This document shows, piece by piece, positions 8,383 through 17,941 of a DNA stretch of 43,805 bases. Position numbers and translations under genes: made by a program. The stretch lies in NCBI GenBank assembly GCA_024239015.1, contig JANBVM010000004.1, positions 1-43,805 on the forward strand, in the 5' to 3' direction. This stretch comes from Patescibacteria group bacterium (GTDB lineage Bacteria > Patescibacteriota > Minisyncoccia > Minisyncoccales > JANBVM01). Numbering within the stretch: position 1 is the stretch's first letter; each line of letters opens with the position of its first letter. Under the pieces are notes generated by a model, which saw only the letters and a program-made list of their open reading frames with translations, searched no databases and had not been told where the DNA came from.

Positions 8383-8811
8383 TTACTTTGTAGGGACAAA
8401 TAATTCATATCCAGAATTTTCCAAAAGCTCAATCATTTCTTCCTCTAGGGATATCTGATCCTCAATCAAGTCTATAGATTCAAAATCTATACTATATATG
8501 CCCATGCTCTCGTTCTCTATTCTGGCTTTCTCACATTGTTCCCTTGTCCTCATAAGCTCTTGCCTTCTTTCTGCAAGATTTAGAAATAAAGACTCTACTA
8601 CGTCGGGGCTGACTACTTCCCAATTACGGTATTTCTTTATCAAGGCCTCCAGTTCCTCTTGGCTTACTCTAGATGCTTCGGAGAATGGGAGTCTAACCCC
8701 ACCCTCAACAGCACAGCCGTCTTTGAACTTTATTACAGCAATAGTTCTTTTTTCTTCATCTTTATGAATTAAGAATTCTTTTATTGTATCAAACTCAATA
8801 CTCTGGACCAT
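8383..8811 (-). CDS. Hypothetical protein (142 aa, acidic helical C-terminus)
   Basis: SD AGGAG before the ATG, upstream TTGACA (8971-8966), downstream hairpin plus T-run at about 8350-8378. Confidence 0.72.
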   Translation of the reverse strand: MVQSIEFDTIKEFLIHKDEEKRTIAVIKFKDGCAVEGGVRLPFSEASRVSQEELEALIKKYRNWEVVSPDVVESLFLNLAERRQELMRTREQCEKARIENESMGIYSIDFESIDLIEDQISLEEEMIELLENSGYELFVPTK

Positions 8812-9017
8812 TGTTTATCTCCTACTATCTTGTGTCATCACAGGATAGTAAACTTATCTACCAACAGCTTAATTGATAAACAAATTAGCTATCCCGTGAT
8901 TTTTCTCCCTCCCCTTCAGTTGAAAAAGACCGTTCTGTGTATAATTAGAGCATACTGTAAAAACTTGTCAAGTTGACATTTATCATATTAACAAAATTTT
9001 GATAGAATGAACTTAGT

Positions 9018-10295
9018 ATGAGTCAAAAAGCCTGGATAGTCGATGTTAATATGGGTTATGGCCACCAAAGAGCAGCTTATCCTTTGAAGAATTTAGCCCC
9101 AGGAGGTAAGGTTATTAGCGCCAACGATTATGGTGGAATTCCTGAAAGAGATAGAAGGGTTTGGGAGAACTCAAGGAAATTTTATGAATTTGTTTCAAAA
9201 TTTAAGAGACTGCCTTTAATCGGCGAGCCCTCTTTTTTCATTTTTGATCAATTCCAGAAAATCCTCAGCTTTTATCCCAGAAGAGATCTGTCTAAGCCGA
9301 ATCTTTATCTAAAAAGGATTTATTATTTATTTAAAAAAGGGTGGGGGAGACACTTAATCGAAAAATTAAAAGAAAATCCCCTGCCCTTAATTTCTACTTT
9401 CTTTGTTCCAGCTTTTATGGCAGAAGCCTTTGGTTACCCCGGAGAAATTTTTTGTGTTATTACTGATACTGACGTAGCCCGCCATTGGGCGCCCCTGAAC
9501 CCTTCTTTGAGTAAAATTAAATATTTAGCCCCCAACAATAGGGTGGTCGAAAGATTAAAGCTTTATGGGGTAAGGCCAGAAAATATCTTTTTAACTGGCT
9601 ATCCTTTGCCGCTTGAAAATCTTGGTACAGAAAATTTAGAAGTTTTAAAACAAGATTTGAATCATCGTCTTTTCAACCTCGACCCCAAAAAGAAATACTT
9701 TCAGAGATACCAGTCATTGATTGAAAAATATTTGGGTAATTTAACAAAAGAACCAGATCATCCCTTGACAATAACATTTGCTGTAGGGGGAGCTGGGGCT
9801 CAAAAAGAAATAGGGGTTAGGATTTTGAAGAGCTTGAAAAAAAGAATCGATAATAAAGAAGTTAAGATTATTTTGGTGGCTGGCATCAGAGAACCAGTCA
9901 AAGAATATTTTTTAAAAAATATCGAAAATTTAAATTTAAAAGATAATATCGAAATAGTTTTTAATAGTAAAATAGAGGATTATTTTAAAAGCTTTAATTC
10001 AGCTTTGAGAAAAACAGATATTTTATGGACCAAACCAAGCGAGTTGTCTTTTTATTCGGCTTTGGGTTTACCAATTATTATTGCTCCTACAATTGGCTCT
10101 CAAGAAGAATTTAATCAGAAATGGCTTTTGAAATTGGGCTCTGGTATTTTACAGCATAATCCAGACCACACTAATCAATGGCTTTTTGATTTGTTGGGAG
10201 AGGGTTCGTTTGCCGAGGCTGCGATGCAGGGGTTTGTTGAAGCTGAAAAGAGAGGAACGTTTAATATCCAAAAAATCATTTCTGAAATCAAATAA
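9018..10295 (+). CDS. GT-B fold glycosyltransferase, MGDG-synthase/UgtP-like
   Basis: MGYGHQRAA, ITDTD, TGYP, LWTKPSE and GSQEEFN motifs. Confidence 0.72.
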   Translation: MSQKAWIVDVNMGYGHQRAAYPLKNLAPGGKVISANDYGGIPERDRRVWENSRKFYEFVSKFKRLPLIGEPSFFIFDQFQKILSFYPRRDLSKPNLYLKRIYYLFKKGWGRHLIEKLKENPLPLISTFFVPAFMAEAFGYPGEIFCVITDTDVARHWAPLNPSLSKIKYLAPNNRVVERLKLYGVRPENIFLTGYPLPLENLGTENLEVLKQDLNHRLFNLDPKKKYFQRYQSLIEKYLGNLTKEPDHPLTITFAVGGAGAQKEIGVRILKSLKKRIDNKEVKIILVAGIREPVKEYFLKNIENLNLKDNIEIVFNSKIEDYFKSFNSALRKTDILWTKPSELSFYSALGLPIIIAPTIGSQEEFNQKWLLKLGSGILQHNPDHTNQWLFDLLGEGSFAEAAMQGFVEAEKRGTFNIQKIISEIK

Positions 10296-10297
10296 AA

Positions 10298-11287
10298 ATG
10301 AAAGTGAAATTTAAAACAGTTCTATTTCTGCTATTGGCTATTTTCTTGATTTTTGTGAGCTATTTTTTTATTGGTTCAGCCCCAAAAGCAGAGGAGATTA
10401 TTTTTGGAGTTAATTTTTCACAAAAACATTCTCAAAAATTAGTTTTAGATTGGAAAGAAAACTATTTGGCTTTATTAGATGACTTAAAAGTAAAAGATAT
10501 AAAATTACTGACTCATTGGGATTTAATTGAACCAGAAAAAGATATTTTTTACTTTGACGATTTAGATTGGCAAGTTGAAGAAGCAGAAAAAAGAAAAGCC
10601 AAGATTCTTTTAGTGATTGGCATGAAGACTGGCCGTTGGCCAGAGTGCCATATCCCAGGTTGGGCAACAAATCTAAACCGAGAACAACAACAAAAAAGAA
10701 TATTGAATTTAATTGAAACAATTGTTTTAAGATATCAGGATTCGTCATCAATAACTACTTGGGACGTAGAAAACGAGCCTCTCTTTCCCTTTGGTGAATG
10801 CCCCTGGATCGATAAGGATTTTTTAAAAGAAGAAATAAACTTAGTAAAATCGCTTGATCCAAAACGGCCAATCTTAATCTCAGACAGCGGTGAAGGTTCT
10901 TTTTGGATTCAAGCTGCAAAACTCGGCGACATAGTCGGAACAACTATGTACAGAAAGGTTTGGTTTCCTAAACCTGGTATTTATATTAATTATTACTTTC
11001 CCCCTGTTTTTTATTGGAGGAAAGTCCAGTTGATAGAAAAGATTTTTAAAAAAGAAGTAATCAATGTTGAACTTCAAGCAGAACCTTGGTGTCCATCATT
11101 GCTCTATGATTGTTCATTAGAAGAGCAGCAAAAAACAATGGATCTGGGACAATTTAGAGATAATATTGAGTTTGCAAAAAAAACCGGCCTTGATGAATTT
11201 TATTTGTGGGGAAGTGAATGGTGGTATTGGTTAAAAGAGAATCAGAACCAACCCGATATTTGGAAAGAGGCCAAAGGATTATTTTAA
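10298..11287 (+). CDS. Membrane-anchored clan GH-A glycoside hydrolase (GH5/GH42-like)
   Basis: N-terminal TM helix, WDLIEPEKD, acid/base motif VENEP and nucleophile region VELQAEPW. Confidence 0.75.
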   Translation: MKVKFKTVLFLLLAIFLIFVSYFFIGSAPKAEEIIFGVNFSQKHSQKLVLDWKENYLALLDDLKVKDIKLLTHWDLIEPEKDIFYFDDLDWQVEEAEKRKAKILLVIGMKTGRWPECHIPGWATNLNREQQQKRILNLIETIVLRYQDSSSITTWDVENEPLFPFGECPWIDKDFLKEEINLVKSLDPKRPILISDSGEGSFWIQAAKLGDIVGTTMYRKVWFPKPGIYINYYFPPVFYWRKVQLIEKIFKKEVINVELQAEPWCPSLLYDCSLEEQQKTMDLGQFRDNIEFAKKTGLDEFYLWGSEWWYWLKENQNQPDIWKEAKGLF

Positions 11288-11290
11288 TTT

Positions 11291-12004
11291 ATGTTGTTAA
11301 GTATTATTATTCCAGCTCTAAATGAAGAGAGATATCTTCCTTTGCTGTTAAAAAGCATTAAGAAACAGAGCTTTAAAGATTACGAAATAATTATTGCTGA
11401 CGCAGGTTCCGAGGATAATACAGTTGAATTAGCTGTTAGTTTTGGATGCAAGGTTGCCAAAGGCGGCTTGCCAGCTAGAGGAAGAAATGAAGGCGCTAAA
11501 ATTGCTAGAGGGAAGCTATTTTTGTTTACTGATTCAGACAACATTTTTTTGTCCGCTAACTTTTTACAAAATCTCATTAAAGAATTCAAAAAAAGAGACT
11601 TAGATTTAGCTTATTTCCCTATTTATGCTGATGGTGGCAAAATCGATAGATTAGTTTACGGAGCTTTTAATTTATGGACAAAATTGACCCAAAGATTTCT
11701 AGCTTATTCTACTAATAGTGTTTTAATAAAAAGAGAAATTCACCAAAAAATAGGTGGGTTTGATGAAGAAGTAAAGATAGCTGAAGACCAAGAATATGTC
11801 TGGAGGGCTAAAAAATACGGGAAGTTTGGTTTTATTGAAACGGAACCCGTTTTAACTTCTTCCCGCAGATATGAAAGAGAGGGAAGGATTAAAACTTATT
11901 TAAAGTATATTCTAGCTGGAATCTGGATGATCTTTTTCGGTCCAGTAAAATCGAATCTATTCAATCTATTCAAGGAATATTGGAAAAGACCCATTGAAAA
12001 GTAA
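11291..12004 (+). CDS. Glycosyltransferase family 2
   Basis: SIIIPALNEE, DAGSED, RNEGA, FTDSD, GGFDE and AED motifs. Confidence 0.92.
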   Translation: MLLSIIIPALNEERYLPLLLKSIKKQSFKDYEIIIADAGSEDNTVELAVSFGCKVAKGGLPARGRNEGAKIARGKLFLFTDSDNIFLSANFLQNLIKEFKKRDLDLAYFPIYADGGKIDRLVYGAFNLWTKLTQRFLAYSTNSVLIKREIHQKIGGFDEEVKIAEDQEYVWRAKKYGKFGFIETEPVLTSSRRYEREGRIKTYLKYILAGIWMIFFGPVKSNLFNLFKEYWKRPIEK

Positions 12005-12029
12005 AAAAAACTGAGAGATAATACAACAT

Positions 12030-13355
12030 ATGATTGGCTATAATTTGCCAAAACTTAAATTGCCTAAATTGAAAAAATCAAAGGTAAGAATTCCTAAATT
12101 CTGGAGAGATAAATTATTTTGGCTTTTTACCCTAGTTATCTTCACCTCTTCTCTTTTTGGCTTTTTGGCCGGGACAATTTCTGGCAGTTTTTTCTATATT
12201 GAAATAGCTGGTTATTTAGAGAACCTGGGGCTTAGCACTGATCAATTAAGGTCTGGTAAAAGTGAGACTTATATTCCTCAAACTTCGCAAGAGCAGGCAG
12301 TTACCAGGGTGGTAAAAGAAAACTCAAAAGCAGTAGTGAGTATTATAATTAGCAAAGACCTTCCGATAATTGAAGAATATTATTATTCTCCCTTTGAGGA
12401 TTTCTTCGGAGATCCCCTTTTTGATATTAAAGTTCCGGGCTACCGTCAGAAAGGAGTGGAGAAAAAGGAGGTTGGCGGAGGCACAGGTTTTATCATATCT
12501 GAAGACGGAATGGTCCTCACCAATAAACACGTTGTCTTAGACAAAGAAGCTGATTATACTATTTTGACTTCAGATGGTAAGAGATTTTCAGCCCAGGTCT
12601 TAGCTAGAGACTTGGCTCAAGACATAGCCATATTGAAGATTAAACAAGAGATAATAAACGATGACCAGGGAGAGACAATTTTAAAGCCTTTTCCTAAGGT
12701 AAAACTAGGCGATTCCGATAAAATACAGATTGGGCAAACAGTAGTAGCTATTGGTAATGTTTTGGCAAGGTACCAAAATACTGTCTCTGTTGGAATCGTT
12801 TCTGGCTTGGGGAGAACCATTACAGCTTCAGGTGGAGGATTTTATGAAACCTTAGAGGATGTAATTCAGACAGATGCTGCCATAAACAGAGGAAATTCAG
12901 GCGGTCCCCTTTTAAATTTAAAAGGACAGGTAATAGGGATTAATACAGCAGTTGACATCCAAGGGCAAAATATTAGCTTTGCTATTCTTATTAACAAGGC
13001 CAAAAGAGGAATTGAGCAGGTTAAAACTTTAGGTAAAATAGTTTACCCATTTTTAGGAGTAAGATATGTTATCATTAACGAAAGCATTCAGAAAGATAAC
13101 AACTTGCCGGTAGATTATGGAGCCCTGATAGTGGGATCCCAGGGTCAAGCCGCTATTTTCCCAGACTCTGCCGCTGAAAAAGCAGGCCTGAAACAAGGAG
13201 ACATAATCTTGGAATTTAATGGAGAGAAGATCACCACTGAAAACAGCTTAGCAAAAATTATTATGAAATATGATCCAGGAGACGAAATTACTTTAAAGAT
13301 TCTAAGAGAGAAAGAAAAAACCATTAAAGTGGTTTTAGAGGGAAGGAGCGAATAG
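12030..13355 (+). CDS. htrA: HtrA/DegP-family serine protease with a PDZ domain
   Basis: TM anchor, triad motifs LTNKHVV, DIAILK and GNSGGPL, and a PDZ domain (SAAEKAGLKQGDII). Confidence 0.95.
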   Translation: MIGYNLPKLKLPKLKKSKVRIPKFWRDKLFWLFTLVIFTSSLFGFLAGTISGSFFYIEIAGYLENLGLSTDQLRSGKSETYIPQTSQEQAVTRVVKENSKAVVSIIISKDLPIIEEYYYSPFEDFFGDPLFDIKVPGYRQKGVEKKEVGGGTGFIISEDGMVLTNKHVVLDKEADYTILTSDGKRFSAQVLARDLAQDIAILKIKQEIINDDQGETILKPFPKVKLGDSDKIQIGQTVVAIGNVLARYQNTVSVGIVSGLGRTITASGGGFYETLEDVIQTDAAINRGNSGGPLLNLKGQVIGINTAVDIQGQNISFAILINKAKRGIEQVKTLGKIVYPFLGVRYVIINESIQKDNNLPVDYGALIVGSQGQAAIFPDSAAEKAGLKQGDIILEFNGEKITTENSLAKIIMKYDPGDEITLKILREKEKTIKVVLEGRSE

Positions 13356-13410
13356 TTCAAATTAACTTGATTTTTTAAGAATTTATTGTAAAATATCAAT
13401 AAACAATAAT

Positions 13411-16119
13411 ATGAATGGAGGTCAATTTACTCACAAGGCCCAAGAGGCCATAATCTCAGCTCAAAAACTATCCAGAGATAAAGAACAGCAGCAGATCGAT
13501 GCTCTGCATCTACTTTATGCTTTACTAAACCAGGAGGAAAGCATTGTTTTGAATTTGCTGGAAAGGATAGGAGCAGATATTGAAGGATTGAAGAAAAAAA
13601 CAAAATTAGCCTTGGGTAAAATCTCAACAATAGTCACTCCTCAGACGCTTGGCCAGTTTTATTTAACACAAGATATGGCTAAAGTCTTAGATAATGCCAA
13701 AAAGGAGGCATCCCGTATGGGGGACGAATATATCTCAGTAGAGCATCTTTTTTTGGGCCTTTTGAATACCGACACCAAGGTCAAGGAAATTTTAGATAAA
13801 TCCACCTTTTTAAAACCTCAAACTAAGCCAGGTTCTTTGGAGTTTGGGAAATTGGACTATCAAACACTTTTGAAAGAGCTGGCTAAAATCAGGGGCGGAC
13901 AGAGAATTACTGACCCAAAACCTGAGACAAAGTATCAAGTGATTGAAAAATATGCTAGGAACCTAACTTCTTTGGCTAGAAAAGGAAAACTAGACCCAGT
14001 TATTGGCAGAGAGAATGAGATAAGGAGATTAATGCAGATTCTTTCTCGAAGGACAAAGAACAACCCGGTTTTAATTGGTGAGGCAGGGGTGGGTAAAACA
14101 GCTGTTGCTGAAAGCTTAGCCCAGAGAATTGTTTCTGGCCAGGTCCCAGAAAGCTTGAAAGAAAAAGAAATCATTGCTTTAGATCTGGGGTCTTTGGTGG
14201 CCGGGACAAGATATAGGGGAGAATTTGAAGACAGGGTAAAAGCCCTTTTACGAGAGATTAATAGGGCCAAAGGTCAATATATACTATTCATTGATGAATT
14301 GCATACTCTAGTTGGAGCTGGAGCTGCTGAGGGCGCAATTGATGCCTCCAGCTTGCTTAAACCGGCCCTAGCCAGAGGAGAGTTAAGAGCAATTGGAGCT
14401 ACCACCTTAAAAGAATACCAAAAGTATATTGAGAGAGACCAGGCTTTAGAAAGAAGGTTCCAGCCAATTTATGTTACAGAACCCTCAACTGAGGACACCA
14501 TATCGATTTTGAGAGGAATTAAGGAGAGATACGAGCTACATCATGGAATAAAGATAAAAGATGCAGCTTTGATTACCTGTGCCCAGCTGGCAGCCCGCTA
14601 TATAACTGACAGATTCCTGCCCGACAAAGCAGTTGACTTAATGGATGAGTCAATGTCAGCCCTTCGCTTGGAAATTGAATCAGAGCCCAGTCAGCTGGAG
14701 GATCTAAGGAAAGAAATTCAAAAACTAAAAATTGAAAAAGAAGCAATTAAAAGAGAAAAAGGAACTAAAAGAAGACAGAGCGTTATTGCCAGGCAACTCT
14801 CAGACCTTAGAGAGAAAGAGAAAACAATTAGAACTAAATGGCAAACAGAGAAAGAATTGATTTTTAAGATAAAAGATTTTAAAAAAGAAATAGATAAATC
14901 TCGCTTTGAAGCTGAAAAGGGAATAGCTTCAGCTGATTTGCAAAAAGTTGCTGAAATAAAATACGGGAAAATACCAACTCTTTTAAAAAACTTAAAAGCT
15001 GCTGAAAAGAATCTGACCAGGGTACAGAAAAAACATTCAATCTTAAAAGGAGAGGTTTCTGAGGAAGATGTGGCCAAAGTAGTTTCTAAATGGACTGGTA
15101 TTCCTATTACCAGGTTGCTAGAAGAGGAGATCAAAAAATTAGAGAAAATGGAAAATATTATCTCAAAGAGGGTGATTGGTCAGAAAGAGGCAGTCTTGGC
15201 TATTTCTAGTGCTATCCGAAGGGCCAGGGCCGGTATCTCAGAAGAAAACAGGCCCCTGGGTTCTTTTATGTTCTTGGGTCCAACCGGAGTAGGAAAGACC
15301 GAAACTGCCAAGGCTTTATCTGAGTTTTTATTCAACGATGAAAATGCTTTAATCCGCCTTGATATGTCAGAGTATATGGAAAGGCATGCTGTTTCTAAAA
15401 TGATAGGATCTCCCCCGGGTTACGTTGGTTATGACGAAGGCGGTCAGTTGACTGAAAAGATTAGGAGAAGACCATACAGCGTGGTGTTATTGGATGAGAT
15501 TGAAAAAGCTCATCCTGAAGTATTTAATATCCTGCTTCAGATTTTGGAAGACGGTAGATTAACCGATGCCAAGGGAAGGACAGCTTCTTTTAAAAACACA
15601 ACCTTAATTATGACCTCAAATGTTGGTTCTGACATCATCGCCAGAGAAGCTTCTCTGGGTTTTATTGAAGGAGACAAAGAAAAAAGCCAGAAAGAGAGTT
15701 TGAGAGATAAAGTTATGACTGCCCTAAGAGACAGCTTTAGGCCTGAGTTTTTGAACAGGATTGATGAAATAATCATATTTAACTATCTCTCAAAACCAGA
15801 GATAAGGAAGATAGTTGATTTGGAGCTTCAGAAAGTGACTAAAAGACTTTTGCAAAAAGGGATCGAAATTAAGGTCGAAAAAAGAGTCAGAGAACTTATT
15901 GCTAAAAAAGGCTTTGACCCTAATTTGGGAGCTAGACCCCTAAGAAGGGTAATACAAAAACAACTTTTAGATCCTCTTTCTTTGAAGATTGTTTCGGGAG
16001 AATTAAGAGAAGGAGACAGGATCTTAGTTAATTTAGAAAACAAAAACATAGTTTTTCTTGACCCAAAAGACTTACTCAAACTTAAAAGTAGGGTCAAGAA
16101 ACAGAAAGTTTCTGTTTAG
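13411..16119 (+). CDS. clpB: ClpB-type Hsp100 AAA+ chaperone carrying an LGF loop
   Basis: Clp N-domain, Walker A motifs GEAGVGKT and [12 protein letters not shown] pore loop and a long coiled-coil M-domain with AEIKYG. Confidence 0.9.
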   Translation: MNGGQFTHKAQEAIISAQKLSRDKEQQQIDALHLLYALLNQEESIVLNLLERIGADIEGLKKKTKLALGKISTIVTPQTLGQFYLTQDMAKVLDNAKKEASRMGDEYISVEHLFLGLLNTDTKVKEILDKSTFLKPQTKPGSLEFGKLDYQTLLKELAKIRGGQRITDPKPETKYQVIEKYARNLTSLARKGKLDPVIGRENEIRRLMQILSRRTKNNPVLIGEAGVGKTAVAESLAQRIVSGQVPESLKEKEIIALDLGSLVAGTRYRGEFEDRVKALLREINRAKGQYILFIDELHTLVGAGAAEGAIDASSLLKPALARGELRAIGATTLKEYQKYIERDQALERRFQPIYVTEPSTEDTISILRGIKERYELHHGIKIKDAALITCAQLAARYITDRFLPDKAVDLMDESMSALRLEIESEPSQLEDLRKEIQKLKIEKEAIKREKGTKRRQSVIARQLSDLREKEKTIRTKWQTEKELIFKIKDFKKEIDKSRFEAEKGIASADLQKVAEIKYGKIPTLLKNLKAAEKNLTRVQKKHSILKGEVSEEDVAKVVSKWTGIPITRLLEEEIKKLEKMENIISKRVIGQKEAVLAISSAIRRARAGISEENRPLGSFMFLGPTGVGKTETAKALSEFLFNDENALIRLDMSEYMERHAVSKMIGSPPGYVGYDEGGQLTEKIRRRPYSVVLLDEIEKAHPEVFNILLQILEDGRLTDAKGRTASFKNTTLIMTSNVGSDIIAREASLGFIEGDKEKSQKESLRDKVMTALRDSFRPEFLNRIDEIIIFNYLSKPEIRKIVDLELQKVTKRLLQKGIEIKVEKRVRELIAKKGFDPNLGARPLRRVIQKQLLDPLSLKIVSGELREGDRILVNLENKNIVFLDPKDLLKLKSRVKKQKVSV

Positions 16120-16121
16120 AC

Positions 16122-16841
16122 TTGAATATGAGAAAGGCTATCTTGAAGATTTTAGGCATTTTTATCTTAGGTATTTTTGGTGGAATTTTTGCTGACCAGA
16201 TTCTCTGGCCTTATCTTGTTGAGAGGCCTCTTTTTTATGAATACCGGTTAGAGAAAAATCCAGTCTATGTCACAGAGAAAGAAGAAATTACCATTCAAGA
16301 GAACGTTGCCTTGCAGAATGCTATTGAGAAAGTAGAAAAAGCAGTAATTGGAGTGAAAACAGAGACAAAAGAGAAAATCCTGCAGGGCTCTGGCTTAATC
16401 TTGACCTCAGACGGTTTGGTCGTAACTTTAGCCGATTTAGTCCCTCAAGGCGGTAGTTTTCTTTTTTTTATTGAAGGAGAGCCAGCTTCTTTTCAAGTTT
16501 TAAAGAGAGACTTAAAAGAGAATTTAGCCCTCATTAAGCTTGAAAAAGATAGTTTGTCAACTGTAGGATTTGCTAATATTGAAAGATTAAAACTGGGAGA
16601 AAGAGTATTTTTGGTTGGGACAGCCTTTGGAGTAAAAGATTTTAGAAGGACGGTTAACGAGGGGATTGTGAGCAATTTTAATGAGGACGAAATCCAGACA
16701 AGTATCTTGGAAGTAGGCACTCTTGCTGGCAGTCCTCTGTTTAATATTGAAGGAGAGCTTTTAGGATTAAGCACAGTTGATTATTGGGGAAGAGTCAGGG
16801 CTATCCCGGTCACCAAGGTGAGAACCTTTGCCGGCTTTTAA
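16122..16841 (+). CDS. Trypsin-like (S1C) protease homolog, apparently catalytically inactive
   Basis: GSGLILTSDG, LKLGERVF and GSPLFNIEGELLG motifs are present, but the His and Ser motifs are altered. Confidence 0.8.
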   Translation: MNMRKAILKILGIFILGIFGGIFADQILWPYLVERPLFYEYRLEKNPVYVTEKEEITIQENVALQNAIEKVEKAVIGVKTETKEKILQGSGLILTSDGLVVTLADLVPQGGSFLFFIEGEPASFQVLKRDLKENLALIKLEKDSLSTVGFANIERLKLGERVFLVGTAFGVKDFRRTVNEGIVSNFNEDEIQTSILEVGTLAGSPLFNIEGELLGLSTVDYWGRVRAIPVTKVRTFAGF

Positions 16842-16987
16842 AGATGAAACTGATTAATCAACAAAAAGGATTCCATATTTTTTACCTAGACTTTATATTT
16901 ACTCTAATTTTAATTGGGGGGATGCTCTACGTTCTATTCCAGAGAGACATTTCTTGTACCGGGAACTGTCAAGTTTTTATTAAGAAC

Positions 16988-17015
16988 TTGACGGCTTTTG
17001 TCAGTCAGTTAAGAT
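16988..17015 (+). promoter_or_regulatory. Sigma70-like promoter reading into the non-coding region
   Basis: TTGACG (16988-16993), 16 bp spacer, TAAGAT (17010-17015). Confidence 0.5.
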
Positions 17016-17020
17016 GAAAA

Positions 17021-17382
17021 TTAGAGGTTGCGGAGACAATATTTTTTACTCCACAATCTCTTTCCCTCCCCCAGTTAGTTCTTTTTATATATATAAGGTC
17101 TCTTTCTCGCACCTAATGGCGCGCCGCAGTCGATAACATTGGCGACGAGGAAAACCATGGACATCGAGAGCCATGTGTAAGGAGAAAAGAGCCTAATTTT
17201 AATAGGAGAGCAACTCATTTATTCTGCTCTCCCTGTTTTTTTATAAGAATAGAGAGTGAAAAAAGAGATAGGAAGTCTCCGTTTGCGTCCCAGGCAAGTT
17301 TCCATTTTGAGAGACCCTGTCTTTCTTCACACATCCCTAGTTCTTTAAAGCAAAAGAACCCTTACCAGGTTCTTATTTTTTT
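17021..17382 (+). ncRNA. Candidate structured non-coding RNA(s), family unknown
   Basis: Successive stems whose G-U pairs favour the + strand (17023-17061, 17096-17194, 17256-17330) and two terminator-like hairpins (17201-17242, 17354-17382). No credible ORF. Confidence 0.45.
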
Positions 17383-17395
17383 ACAAAATAATTTA

Positions 17396-17475
17396 GTTTT
17401 CCACAGGTTGTTTCATGGTTTTTCCATAAGTTAATCACTAGTTACACATTAGTTTTTCCGCAGCCTTATCTACAG
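17396..17475 (+). repeat. Phased array of degenerate DnaA-box-like units
   Basis: Seven units of 11-12 bp, including TTTTCCACA, TTTTCCATA, TTTTCCGCA and TTATCTACA, followed by an AT-rich tract. Confidence 0.6.
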
Positions 17476-17585
17476 TTTAGTTTACCGTATAGAACATATA
17501 ATTTTTTGATTTTTTTATGATTTATACTATAATTAAAATAGTAATCATAAGATATTAAGGCGAGCTATAATAAAAATTAAAAAAT

Positions 17586-17798
17586 ATGGATAAATCATTA
17601 AACTTTACTCAAATTACCAAAAAATACAGAGGTAAATGGATAGGTCTTACCGACGACGAGAAGAAGGTAATTTCTTCTGGCAAAACTGCTAAAGAAGCTT
17701 TAGAGAAGGCGAAAAAAAGAGGATACAAAAACCCCATTCTTTTTAAAGTTTCTGTTGTTCTTATGCCCTACGTAGGGAATATCCTACTTACCAAATAA
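17586..17798 (+). CDS. DUF5678-family small protein
   Basis: KYRGKWIGL...VISSGKTAKEALEKAKKRG...PILFKV pattern. Confidence 0.75.
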   Translation: MDKSLNFTQITKKYRGKWIGLTDDEKKVISSGKTAKEALEKAKKRGYKNPILFKVSVVLMPYVGNILLTK

Positions 17799-17825
17799 GT
17801 TAATGTGGTTCGGGTTCTATAACTT

Positions 17826-17877
17826 GAGCTCGGTAGCGAAAACAGGACTAAAAACCCTGTTTTTTGCTTGAGCTTTT
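17826..17877 (+). terminator. Long hairpin/terminator after the DUF5678 gene
   Basis: GAGCTCG..AGCGAAAACAGG pairs with CCTGTTTTTTGCT-TGAGCTT, then a T-run. Confidence 0.55.
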
Positions 17878-17941
17878 CAAAAAATGAGGCTATTCTGAAA
17901 GCATGAGAGATAATTTTTAAAAAATCATAAAACAAAATAAA

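Noticed and set aside
16784-17017. 77-aa ORF from the track
   Set aside because: It overlaps the upstream gene and promoter elements and has no recognisable protein features.
17270-17310. c-di-GMP-I riboswitch-like string on the minus strand (GGAAAC...GGGACGCAAA)
   Set aside because: It lacks the GNRA-capped stem and the downstream receptor stem, and the surrounding G-U pairs favour plus-strand folding.
17145-17370. RNase P RNA or tmRNA (GAGGAAAACC near 17146, AGAACCC near 17355, similar overall length)
   Set aside because: There is no GAGGAAAGTCC/CCGGCTT P4 pairing and no tRNA-like ends or T-loop, and an internal terminator interrupts the region.
17396-17475. CRISPR array
   Set aside because: The units are only 11-12 bp, degenerate and lack spacers, and there are no cas genes.
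17805-17877. Integron attC site
   Set aside because: No proper RYYYAAC/GTTRRRY ends, not repeated between neighbouring genes, and no integrase in the window.
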